DNA of 64,000 nucleotides. It comes from Candidatus Poribacteria bacterium. GTDB taxonomy: Bacteria > Poribacteria > WGA-4E > WGA-3G. Both the position numbers and the translations under genes were made by a program. Below the pieces are notes generated by a model. It did no database searches and was not told the DNA's origin. It saw only the letters and a list, made by a program, of their open reading frames with translations. The stretch spans positions 14,036 to 78,035 of the forward strand of contig JAJEBZ010000095.1 of NCBI GenBank assembly GCA_022822275.1. The letters are read 5' to 3'. Below, one piece after another: positions 55,837 to 64,000 of this stretch (the first letter of the stretch is position 1; every line of letters begins with the position of its first letter).

Positions 55837-58500
55837 ATGCAAAATCATTTTAAAAACAGTTTCTTAATTTTTATGTCTTTGTTGTGCTTCAATTCATTTT
55901 TTCTAACCAACACTGTTGCACAAGTTAACATTGAGACCGCCAGTGACAACTATACTTTTGAGACAATTGATGTTCCGGGAGTAGATTTTTTATCACTGAC
56001 AGCAAGTAGTGACTTTGGGGATTACGCAGGCTACACCAAAAGTGTTGACGGTGAAAAGGATGTCGCGTTCACGCTCATTGATGGCGTTTTTACGACTTAT
56101 GATTTCCCTGAATCCCAAAACACCTATTTCTTTGCACTTGGTAATAACGGGAATGCTGCCGGACACTACGAGGATAGTGAAGGGCTTTTTCATGGAATCG
56201 TATTAGAAAATGGTGAATTACGACAATACGATTTTCCTGGTGCAGTCCAAACTGAGATATACGGTATTAGCGATTCTACAGGCGCACTGACAGGCAATTA
56301 TATAGATGCCGCTGGGATTCGTCGTGGATTCTCAGGTGACGAAATCATTGAGTACCCCGGAGCACAGGAAACTTATGCCGATTTCGTGAATTCAAGTGGG
56401 GGTATGGTGGGGAGCTACGTAGATGCTGAAGGACTATATCATCCATACATACGTACCCCAGCAGGCAGATTTGTATCTCTTGACCTTGCAGATGCAGCAT
56501 TCTTGGAATACTTTTTTGTGCACGGTATCAACGATGCAAGGGTCATCGTTGCACGAACTAAATGGGTGGATATTCCCCCGGGCACTCTTGTCGGCACGTT
56601 TCAGGATGGACTAAAGATACTTGAGGTTCCGGGCAGCGTAAGCACAGAAGGTTGGAATATCAACCAGGACGGCTCTATCGTTGGACACTATGATACAGAA
56701 GATGGTCTCAGACACGGGTTTATAGCAAGACCGGCTGCACAAGTTCCCGAGCCACCTGTTGCCACACCCACCGAATTTAACTTTACCTTTGAGAGTATCA
56801 ATGTTCCGGGTGTAGATTTTTTAGCGTTGACTGCAAGTAGCGACTTTGAGGATTACGCAGGTTACACACTGAGTACTGATGGTACAAAAGAAGTTGCGTT
56901 TACCTTAATTGATGGTGAATTTAAAAGGTATGATTTCCCCGGTTCACAGAAAACGCATTTCTACGCACTCGATAATAATGGAAATGCTGCTGGACACTAC
57001 CTGGATAGCGATGGAAATTATCACGGTGTCGTTTTGGAGAATGGAGAACTGCGCCAATATGATTTCCCAGGTGCCGTTCAAACAGAGATATACGGTATCA
57101 GTGATGCCACCGGGGCACTGACTGGGAATTATATTGACGCTACCGGTGTTCGACGTGGATTCTCAGGAGACGAAATCGTGGAAGCCCCCGAGGCATCTGC
57201 AACTTATGCCGATTTTGTAAACGCAAGTGGCCGTCTGGTGGGTAGTTATGTGGATGCTGATGGGATATATCATCCTTATGTACTGAACCCCGAAGCCAGG
57301 TTTATATCTATTGAATTGCCACGAGCAGCAACATTTGAATTCTTTTTTGTGCACGGTATCAACGATGTAGGGACGCTTGTAGGCAGAACTAAAAGGTTTG
57401 GAGATGTCGTGCGCACCACTGTCGGCACATTCCAGCACGGACTACAGGAATTGCGGGTTCCAGGCAGCGTTAGCACGGAGGGTTGGAATATCAATCAAGA
57501 CGGCTCTGTCGTCGGATACTACGACTCAGCAGATGGACGTAGGCACGGGTTTATCGCAAGGTCTGTGTCAAAGGCAATCAGTGACTTTTTTAGCAACAGT
57601 TACAACGTCAAACTCACAAAAGGTTTGAATATGCTTTCTGTCCCATTGGCACCACCAACACCGATGAATGCGAAGAGCCTCGTCGCTATGACAGGGGCAA
57701 CAACGATTATCAGACTTGACGCTGCAAACCAGCGTTTTGTCGGCTGGACTCCAAGTGCCCCTGACGAAGGTTTTCAAATTGAAGGTGGACAAGGTTATAT
57801 CGTCAATGTTCCCCAAGATCGAGATTTTGCTTTCGTTGGATCACGGTGGAATGAACATAGTGGGAGCGCAGCAGCACCTGCAATAGCCAAAGTGGGATCA
57901 CCAAATGTATGGGCATTCGTTGTCAGTGGAAACTTAGACGGCATCCAGGCTGCCAACGGTTACACCGTCAAAGTCCGAAACCTACGGACAAACACTGTCA
58001 TGACATCTCAGGTACGCAGTAATTACTTCGCTGCAGCCACAGCAGATCTCAATTATCGCAGTGTTGTTGGGGCAGGTGACAAACTTGAAATAACCGTTAC
58101 TGATACGAATGGAAATATTGTGTCAGAAAAATTCAATTTCACGGTAAATGCAACACATCTTGAGAATGCTGTTATGAATGTGAAACTTGACGATATCGGT
58201 TCCCCGAAACGGAGCCAACTTCTGCAGAATTATCCGAACCCGTTTAACCCTGAAACATGGATACCTTATCATCTTGCAGAAGCAGGGGTTGTGCCCCTAT
58301 CTATTTATGACGCTGCAGGTAAACTTGTCCGAACATTTTCGCTTGGGCACAAACCAGCAGGTTTCTACCAGAATCGGGGGAACGCTGTTTATTGGAACGG
58401 ACGAAACGCGTCAGGTGAAGCAGTTGCAAGCGGTGTCTATTTCTATCAACTGACAACACCAACATTCCAGCAGACACGACGACTCGTCATTTTAAAGTAG
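55837..58500 (+). CDS. Giant secreted repeat protein with a T9SS-type C-terminal domain, paralog 2.
   Basis: It has the same architecture as paralog 1. The start at 55837 follows an AAGGAG RBS. The longer ORF begins at 55801. Confidence 0.7.
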   Translation: MQNHFKNSFLIFMSLLCFNSFFLTNTVAQVNIETASDNYTFETIDVPGVDFLSLTASSDFGDYAGYTKSVDGEKDVAFTLIDGVFTTYDFPESQNTYFFALGNNGNAAGHYEDSEGLFHGIVLENGELRQYDFPGAVQTEIYGISDSTGALTGNYIDAAGIRRGFSGDEIIEYPGAQETYADFVNSSGGMVGSYVDAEGLYHPYIRTPAGRFVSLDLADAAFLEYFFVHGINDARVIVARTKWVDIPPGTLVGTFQDGLKILEVPGSVSTEGWNINQDGSIVGHYDTEDGLRHGFIARPAAQVPEPPVATPTEFNFTFESINVPGVDFLALTASSDFEDYAGYTLSTDGTKEVAFTLIDGEFKRYDFPGSQKTHFYALDNNGNAAGHYLDSDGNYHGVVLENGELRQYDFPGAVQTEIYGISDATGALTGNYIDATGVRRGFSGDEIVEAPEASATYADFVNASGRLVGSYVDADGIYHPYVLNPEARFISIELPRAATFEFFFVHGINDVGTLVGRTKRFGDVVRTTVGTFQHGLQELRVPGSVSTEGWNINQDGSVVGYYDSADGRRHGFIARSVSKAISDFFSNSYNVKLTKGLNMLSVPLAPPTPMNAKSLVAMTGATTIIRLDAANQRFVGWTPSAPDEGFQIEGGQGYIVNVPQDRDFAFVGSRWNEHSGSAAAPAIAKVGSPNVWAFVVSGNLDGIQAANGYTVKVRNLRTNTVMTSQVRSNYFAAATADLNYRSVVGAGDKLEITVTDTNGNIVSEKFNFTVNATHLENAVMNVKLDDIGSPKRSQLLQNYPNPFNPETWIPYHLAEAGVVPLSIYDAAGKLVRTFSLGHKPAGFYQNRGNAVYWNGRNASGEAVASGVYFYQLTTPTFQQTRRLVILK

Positions 58501-58667
58501 GGGCAATCCGTATAGAATGCACAAGTGTCACAGTTATGCTGTCGGTGTAACTGTGACACTCCTTAAGCACAAAAAACACAAAAAAACAAAAATGTTTGAA
58601 AACTCCATTAAAACGTTCAAAATTCATTAGTAGGAACTTAGATTCCCTTAAAGTAAGGTTTTTTATT

Positions 58668-61325
58668 ATGCATACTGACATTAAAACTAATTTTTTATGT
58701 TACACGTTTACACTGTTCATGTGTCTCAATTCCTTTTTCCTAATCAATACCAATGCCCAAACCGATAATGCCCCAACGCCTTCAGACCCTGAATTCACCT
58801 ACACTTATGAGAGTATTGATGTCCCAGGTGTAGATTTTTTAGCGTTGACTGCAAGTAGCGACTTTGAGGATTACGCAGGTTACACGAAAAGTGCTGATGA
58901 CAAAAAAGATGTTGCCTTTACGTTGATTGATGGTGTTTTTACGACTTATGATTTTCCGGGTTCAAAGAACACTTATTTCTACGCCCTCGGCAACAATGGA
59001 CAAGCGGCGGGACATTACGAGGACAGCAACGGTCTATACCACGGGGTCGTCTTGAATGAAAATGGCGAACTGAGCCAGTATGATTTTCCGGGTGCTGTTC
59101 AAACGGAGATATACGGTATCAGTGATGCAACCGGGGCACTAACAGGGAATTTCACGGACGCTCAGGGGGTGCGTCGTGGGTTCACAGGGGACACTATCAT
59201 TGAGGTGCCCGGTGCCTCGGAGACCTTCGCCGACTTTGTATCTGAAGGACGGCTCGTCGGCAGCTACATCGATACGGACGGACTCTATCACACTTACGTG
59301 TTTACCCCGGATGGCGAGTATCGGTCTGTTGACATCCCAAACGCCGCACAGATCGAATTCGTTCTTGTGCACGGTATCAACAAGGCGGGTGTCTACGTTA
59401 CCCGCTCCAAACTGGTCGGTGATGTCACGCGTACCCATGTCAGCACATTCCGCGGGCGAGTGGAATTACAATTTCCGGAGAGCATTAGCACGGAAGGTTG
59501 GAACATCAATCAGGACGGCTCTGTCGTAGGGTACTACGACAGAGCCGATGGACGCAGATGCGGGTTCATCGCCAGACCCGTTGGGGCACTTGCTCTACAA
59601 CCGACCTTCTCTAACTATACGTTTGAGAGTATTGATGTGCCAGGGATAGAGTTTTTAGCGTTGACGGCGAGCAGCGACTTTGAGGATTACGCCGGCTACA
59701 CGAAAAGTACTGAGGGTCAAAAGATGGTCGCCTTTACGCTCATTGACGGCGTTTTTACGACCTACGCTTTCCCCAACGCAGAGAACACCTATTTCTACGC
59801 GCTCAGTAATGATGGTCGCGCTGCCGGACATTACCAAGACAGTGAGGGGTTCTATCACGGCGTTATCTTGGAAAAGGGGGTGCTTATGCAATACGATTTC
59901 CCCGGTGCTGTTGAAACGAAGATATATGGGATTTCTGATGAAACAGGCGCGCTGACAGGGAATTTCACGGACGCTCAGGGGGTGCGTCGTGGGTTCACCG
60001 GTGATACCGTCATTGAAGTCCCTGGTGCCTCGGAGACCTTCGCGGACTTTGTGGCTGCGGGCCGACTCGTGGGGAGTTACGTCGATGCTGACGGGCTTTA
60101 TCACGGATACATACATACGCACGGCCAATTTACATTTATCGACTTGGCAGATGTCAAAAACCTTGAATACTATTTTTTCCACGCGATCAACACTGCGGGG
60201 ATTTTCGTTGCCCGTTCCAAACGGATCGATGATGTCCCGCGCACCTATATCGGCTCAGCACGTGGACGTTCTGAATTACAGGTGCCAGGCAGCGTTATCA
60301 CAGAGGGTTGGAATATCAATCAGGACGGCTCTATCGTCGGACACTACGACTCAGCGGATGGACGTAGACACGGATTTATCGCAAGGCCGGTTACCAAAGC
60401 AGAAAGCGGGCATTTTGGCAACATCTTCAACGTCACGCTGACGAAAGGTTTAAACATGCTTTCTCTGCCTTTAGCATCACCAAAACCGATGACAGCAAAA
60501 TCACTTGCTGGGATATCTGGTGCGACTGTTGTAATTGCACTTGATGCTGCAAATCAACGTTTCGTAGGTTGGACACCAAGCGCGCCAAACGATGGATTCC
60601 CGATTGAAGGTGGAAAAGGCTATATCGTCAATGTCCCACAGGATCGCAACTTTGCATTCGTCGGGGCACGCTGGACAAATCAAACAGAGGCAGCAGCTGC
60701 ACCCACCATATCCACGAAGATGCCGCAAGACGCGTGGGCGTTCGTTGTCAGTGGGCATTTAGAAGGTAAACCAACGTTTGATGACTACAAGGTCATCGTC
60801 CATAACATGAGAACAAATACCACAATAACAGCCTCGGTGCGAGATAATTACTTCGCTGCTGCAACTGCCGACTTAGCACGGCGCAGCGTTGTCAAAGTTG
60901 GAGACATCGTTGAATTGCACGTTATCGGTCCGGACGGTAACGTTGAATCACAAACCCGCAGCTTTAAAGTAACCCCTGAGCACATGGCAAACGCGGTGTT
61001 GTCTGTCAATCTTGATAGCATTGGTGAACCGACGCAGGATCAGTTATTGCAGAACTATCCGAATCCATTTAACCCTGAGACGTGGATTCCGTATCAACTC
61101 GCGCAAGACAGTTCTGTATCGGTATCCATTTATGATTCTACCGGTAAGCTGATACGCACACTTTCACTCGGTTTACAATCTGCAGGCTATTACAATAATC
61201 GGGAACGTGCTGCATATTGGGATGGGCGTAATGCTCTGGGGGAACGCGTTGCAAGCGGTGTCTATTTCTATCAACTGACAACGCCAACATTCCAGCAGAC
61301 ACGGCGACTCGTCATTTTAAAGTAG
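58668..61325 (+). CDS. Giant secreted repeat protein with a T9SS-type C-terminal domain, paralog 3.
   Basis: It has the same architecture as paralogs 1 and 2. The likely start at 58668 (MHTDIKTNFL...) precedes a signal peptide. The longer ORF begins at 58596. Confidence 0.65.
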   Translation: MHTDIKTNFLCYTFTLFMCLNSFFLINTNAQTDNAPTPSDPEFTYTYESIDVPGVDFLALTASSDFEDYAGYTKSADDKKDVAFTLIDGVFTTYDFPGSKNTYFYALGNNGQAAGHYEDSNGLYHGVVLNENGELSQYDFPGAVQTEIYGISDATGALTGNFTDAQGVRRGFTGDTIIEVPGASETFADFVSEGRLVGSYIDTDGLYHTYVFTPDGEYRSVDIPNAAQIEFVLVHGINKAGVYVTRSKLVGDVTRTHVSTFRGRVELQFPESISTEGWNINQDGSVVGYYDRADGRRCGFIARPVGALALQPTFSNYTFESIDVPGIEFLALTASSDFEDYAGYTKSTEGQKMVAFTLIDGVFTTYAFPNAENTYFYALSNDGRAAGHYQDSEGFYHGVILEKGVLMQYDFPGAVETKIYGISDETGALTGNFTDAQGVRRGFTGDTVIEVPGASETFADFVAAGRLVGSYVDADGLYHGYIHTHGQFTFIDLADVKNLEYYFFHAINTAGIFVARSKRIDDVPRTYIGSARGRSELQVPGSVITEGWNINQDGSIVGHYDSADGRRHGFIARPVTKAESGHFGNIFNVTLTKGLNMLSLPLASPKPMTAKSLAGISGATVVIALDAANQRFVGWTPSAPNDGFPIEGGKGYIVNVPQDRNFAFVGARWTNQTEAAAAPTISTKMPQDAWAFVVSGHLEGKPTFDDYKVIVHNMRTNTTITASVRDNYFAAATADLARRSVVKVGDIVELHVIGPDGNVESQTRSFKVTPEHMANAVLSVNLDSIGEPTQDQLLQNYPNPFNPETWIPYQLAQDSSVSVSIYDSTGKLIRTLSLGLQSAGYYNNRERAAYWDGRNALGERVASGVYFYQLTTPTFQQTRRLVILK

Positions 61326-61408
61326 AGTCCGTATAGAATGCACAAGTGTGACAGTTATGCTATCGGTGTATAACTGTCACACGCCGTTAAACCAAAAAAA
61401 GGATAATC

Positions 61409-63223
61409 ATGGATCATAAAATAAAAACGAAACTTCCCTTGTTGATATGTCTAATTATCTGTTTCATAGGATATGCAGTCGCACAAGTTAATGCTGAAAC
61501 ACCGATTGCAGATTACATCTTTGAAACGATTGAAGTGCCGGGTGTAGATTTTCTGGAGGTGGCTGCAAGTAACGACTTCGGAGACTACGCAGGCAATACC
61601 CGTAACATTGATGGCACAAAAACCATCGGATTCACATTGATTGACGGTGTTTTTAAAACTTATGACTTCCCAGGATCCCTAAATACCTATTTCTATGCCC
61701 TTGATAATGCCGGAAAAGCTGCAGGACATTACAAAGGACAAGATGAACTTTATCACGGTGTTATCATGGAAAATGGAGAACTCACGCAATACGATTTTCC
61801 CGGCGCAGCCCAAACTCTCATCTACGGTATTAGTGATGAAACGGGAGCACTGAGCGGTAATGTCGTTGATGAAGCAGGTGTCAGCCGCGCCTTCTCAGGG
61901 GAGTTGTCATTTATGTTCCCCGGAGCAGTAGCAACTTATGGGGACTTTGTCAACGCCGCAGGTGCTGTCGTCGGCAGCTACAGGGATGCCGACGGGATCC
62001 CCCATGGATTCATACGTCACCCAGACGGCAGTTTCACCACTATAGACCTCCCAGAAATGCCGAATCTTGAATTTCTATTTGTGAACACCATCACTGATGC
62101 CGGTGTTATAGGCTTCAGAGCCAAAGCTGCAAACGATATTCTGCGGTCCTATATCCTTCTGCCCAGTGGTATCCTCCATGAAGTGCGACTCCCAGGCAGT
62201 GTTATCACTGTCGTCCGAAATGTTAATCAGGATGGAAGTATTATCGGTTATTACGACACAACGGACGGGCGGAGATACGGATTCATCGGTAGCCCTAACA
62301 CACAACCAAACGGAGAAGATTACGGCAGGACTTTCTCCATGCACCTCTCTAAAGGTTTGAATATGCTGTCTGTGCCGTTGAAACCGACTGTCCACATGAC
62401 AGCCCGGTCGCTTGCTGTAAAGACAGGCGCGACAGTTGTAATAGCACTCAATGCTGCCAATCAACGTTTTATAGGTTGGACACCGAGTGCACCCGACAAC
62501 GGATTTCCCATAGAAGGTGCTAAAGGGTACATCGTCAATTTACCAAGGGCACGCGACGTTGTCTTCACTGGGGTGGGATGGACAAATCAAGCAGCACCAA
62601 CTTCAACGCCAATCGCAATGCCACGCGAAACGTGGGCATTTGTCGTGAGTGGGCAGTTGGCAGGTAAACAGAAGTTTGACGGCTATCAAATTACAGTTCA
62701 AAACTTGCGGAAAAACACCATTATGACAGCACAAGTGCGTAATAATTACTTCGCTGCTGCCACAGCAGACCTCAGCTATCGCAGTGTTGTTGAAGCAGGT
62801 GACAAAATAGAAATAACCGTTACTGATACAAGTGGAAATGTTGTGTCGGAAAAATTCAATTTCACGGTAAATGCGACACATCTTGAAAACGCTGTAATGA
62901 ATGTGAAACTTGACGGTATCGGTTCCCCGAAACGGAGCCAACTTCTGCAGAATTATCCGAACCCGTTTAACCCTGAAACATGGATTCCGTATCATCTTGC
63001 AGAAGCGGGGGTTGTGTCCCTATCTATTTATGACGCTGCAGGTAAACTTGTCCGAACATTTTCGCTTGGACACAAACCGGCAGGTTTCTATCAGAATCGA
63101 GAGAACGCTGTTTATTGGGACGGACGAAATGCGTTGGGAGAGACAGTTGCAAGCGGTGTCTATTTCTATCAACTGACAACGCCAACATTCCATCAGACCA
63201 AACGGATGATCATTCTGAAATAA
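61409..63223 (+). CDS. Secreted repeat protein with a T9SS-type C-terminal domain, paralog 4 (single-module version).
   Basis: At 604 aa it has one N-terminal module instead of two. The central and C-terminal domains match the other three paralogs. Confidence 0.7.
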   Translation: MDHKIKTKLPLLICLIICFIGYAVAQVNAETPIADYIFETIEVPGVDFLEVAASNDFGDYAGNTRNIDGTKTIGFTLIDGVFKTYDFPGSLNTYFYALDNAGKAAGHYKGQDELYHGVIMENGELTQYDFPGAAQTLIYGISDETGALSGNVVDEAGVSRAFSGELSFMFPGAVATYGDFVNAAGAVVGSYRDADGIPHGFIRHPDGSFTTIDLPEMPNLEFLFVNTITDAGVIGFRAKAANDILRSYILLPSGILHEVRLPGSVITVVRNVNQDGSIIGYYDTTDGRRYGFIGSPNTQPNGEDYGRTFSMHLSKGLNMLSVPLKPTVHMTARSLAVKTGATVVIALNAANQRFIGWTPSAPDNGFPIEGAKGYIVNLPRARDVVFTGVGWTNQAAPTSTPIAMPRETWAFVVSGQLAGKQKFDGYQITVQNLRKNTIMTAQVRNNYFAAATADLSYRSVVEAGDKIEITVTDTSGNVVSEKFNFTVNATHLENAVMNVKLDGIGSPKRSQLLQNYPNPFNPETWIPYHLAEAGVVSLSIYDAAGKLVRTFSLGHKPAGFYQNRENAVYWDGRNALGETVASGVYFYQLTTPTFHQTKRMIILK

Positions 63224-63265
63224 CGTAAATTCAAATTGTTTGTTGAAATAATCTTTCTTCTGTAG

Positions 63266-63293
63266 CCGGGGAATGCTATAGAGCATTCCCCGG
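63266..63293. terminator. Bidirectional terminator-like hairpin between repeat-protein paralog 4 (+) and rsgA (-).
   Basis: The stem 'CCGGGGAATGCT' pairs with 'AGCATTCCCCGG' (12-bp perfect stem) across the loop 'ATAG'. Confidence 0.5.
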
Positions 63294-63326
63294 GCCGCTT
63301 CTACAAGAACACATCAGTAAATGGCA

Positions 63327-64000
63327 TTAGAATTGTGAAGTTTGGGTTTCTGTAGTTTCTCCGGTTTTCAGAACAACATAACTTCGGTAACGTTCTGGGT
63401 GTATATCTCCGGCTTCAACAGCAGACTGGATCGCGCAGTCAGTTTCTTTGACATGAGCACAGTCCTTATATTTGCAGGTGCCGAGAAAAGGTTCCATCTC
63501 TGGAAAATAGAACTCTAAAACTTCAGTATCTACTCCCCACAGTCCAACTTCCCGTATACCCGGTGTGTCTGCGACTTCGCCACCAATTTCCAGGTTGAAC
63601 AATTCCACAAGGGTTGTTGTGTGTCTGCCTTTCTGCGTTTTAGGACCAACTTCTGCAGTTCTTAACTTTAGGTCCGGTTGAATTGCATTCAGCAAACTTG
63701 ATTTGCCAACACCTGATGCCCCTACAATTACACTGAATTTATCTTTGAGAGTGTTCTTAAGAGACTCCAGACTCTGAGGAACTTTGATGCTCGTGAATAA
63801 CACTTGATAACCGAGTTCTTCATAGACTTTGAAGGTAGAGGTAAGTTGTTCATATTGGTTAGAATCTACCAGGTCCATTTTGTTGATGCAGACAATAGCT
63901 GCCATATCTCCTGCTTCAGCTAAAATAAGAAAACGATCCAAAGTTCGGTAGTTTAATGGTGGCATTTGTGTTGAAACAACGATAATAACTTGATGTGCGT
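63327..64000 (-). CDS. rsgA: Ribosome small-subunit-dependent GTPase A (partial; 5' end lies outside the window).
   Basis: The circularly permuted GTPase order is present: 'VCINKMDL' (G4), then 'GASGVGKSSLLNAI' (G1), then 'DTPG' (G3). The C-terminal zinc-finger cysteines are 'CKYKDCAHVKETDC'. The frame stays open to position 64000. Confidence 0.8.
   Translation of the reverse strand, partial: AHQVIIVVSTQMPPLNYRTLDRFLILAEAGDMAAIVCINKMDLVDSNQYEQLTSTFKVYEELGYQVLFTSIKVPQSLESLKNTLKDKFSVIVGASGVGKSSLLNAIQPDLKLRTAEVGPKTQKGRHTTTLVELFNLEIGGEVADTPGIREVGLWGVDTEVLEFYFPEMEPFLGTCKYKDCAHVKETDCAIQSAVEAGDIHPERYRSYVVLKTGETTETQTSQF

Overview
This is a 64-kb chromosomal window from a bacterium with about 45 protein-coding genes, no rRNA or tRNA genes, and no CRISPR array. 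The lineage is inferred to be an uncultivated FCB-group or candidate-phylum organism, because several proteins end in T9SS-type sorting tails ('NYPNPFNPETW...GVYFYQL') and the window is dense in MITEs and sulfatase-associated genes. Housekeeping genes are tsaB, uppP, ispG, hisC and partial rsgA. Two gene modules stand out.

Module 1 is a minus-strand operon of about 12 kb. A perfect consensus sigma70 promoter is followed by a GrpE-like gene, a short lid-less Hsp70, and seven tandem paralogs. Each paralog fuses an N-terminal J-like domain (HPD replaced by Y-S/T-x-S) to a C-terminal FGE-sulfatase-fold domain that lacks the catalytic Cys pair. One copy is inactivated by an amber codon and another is N-truncated by a DUF2971 cassette. 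A cytoplasmic Cys-type sulfatase with a CSPSR motif sits immediately upstream.

Module 2 is a tightly coupled four-gene Cascade-like cluster: a large-subunit candidate, a Cas11-like small helical protein, a Cas7-like RAMP and a Cas5-like RAMP. It has no CRISPR array, no cas1/cas2/cas6 and no nuclease, which resembles a type IV-B-like or novel array-less class 1 effector. It lies between ispG and hisC.

Other features are three MITE-like repeat families (three, two and 2-4 copies) and an IS4-family insertion sequence with perfect 18-bp terminal inverted repeats. There are also four tandem giant secreted repeat proteins with T9SS tails and conserved downstream hairpins. An ECF sigma factor is fused through a transmembrane segment to an inactivated M16-peptidase domain, next to an intact M16 paralog. 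The remaining items are three tandem Gfo/Idh/MocA paralogs, two LamG lectin-like proteins sharing a C-terminal tail, and an orphan beta-class DNA methyltransferase.
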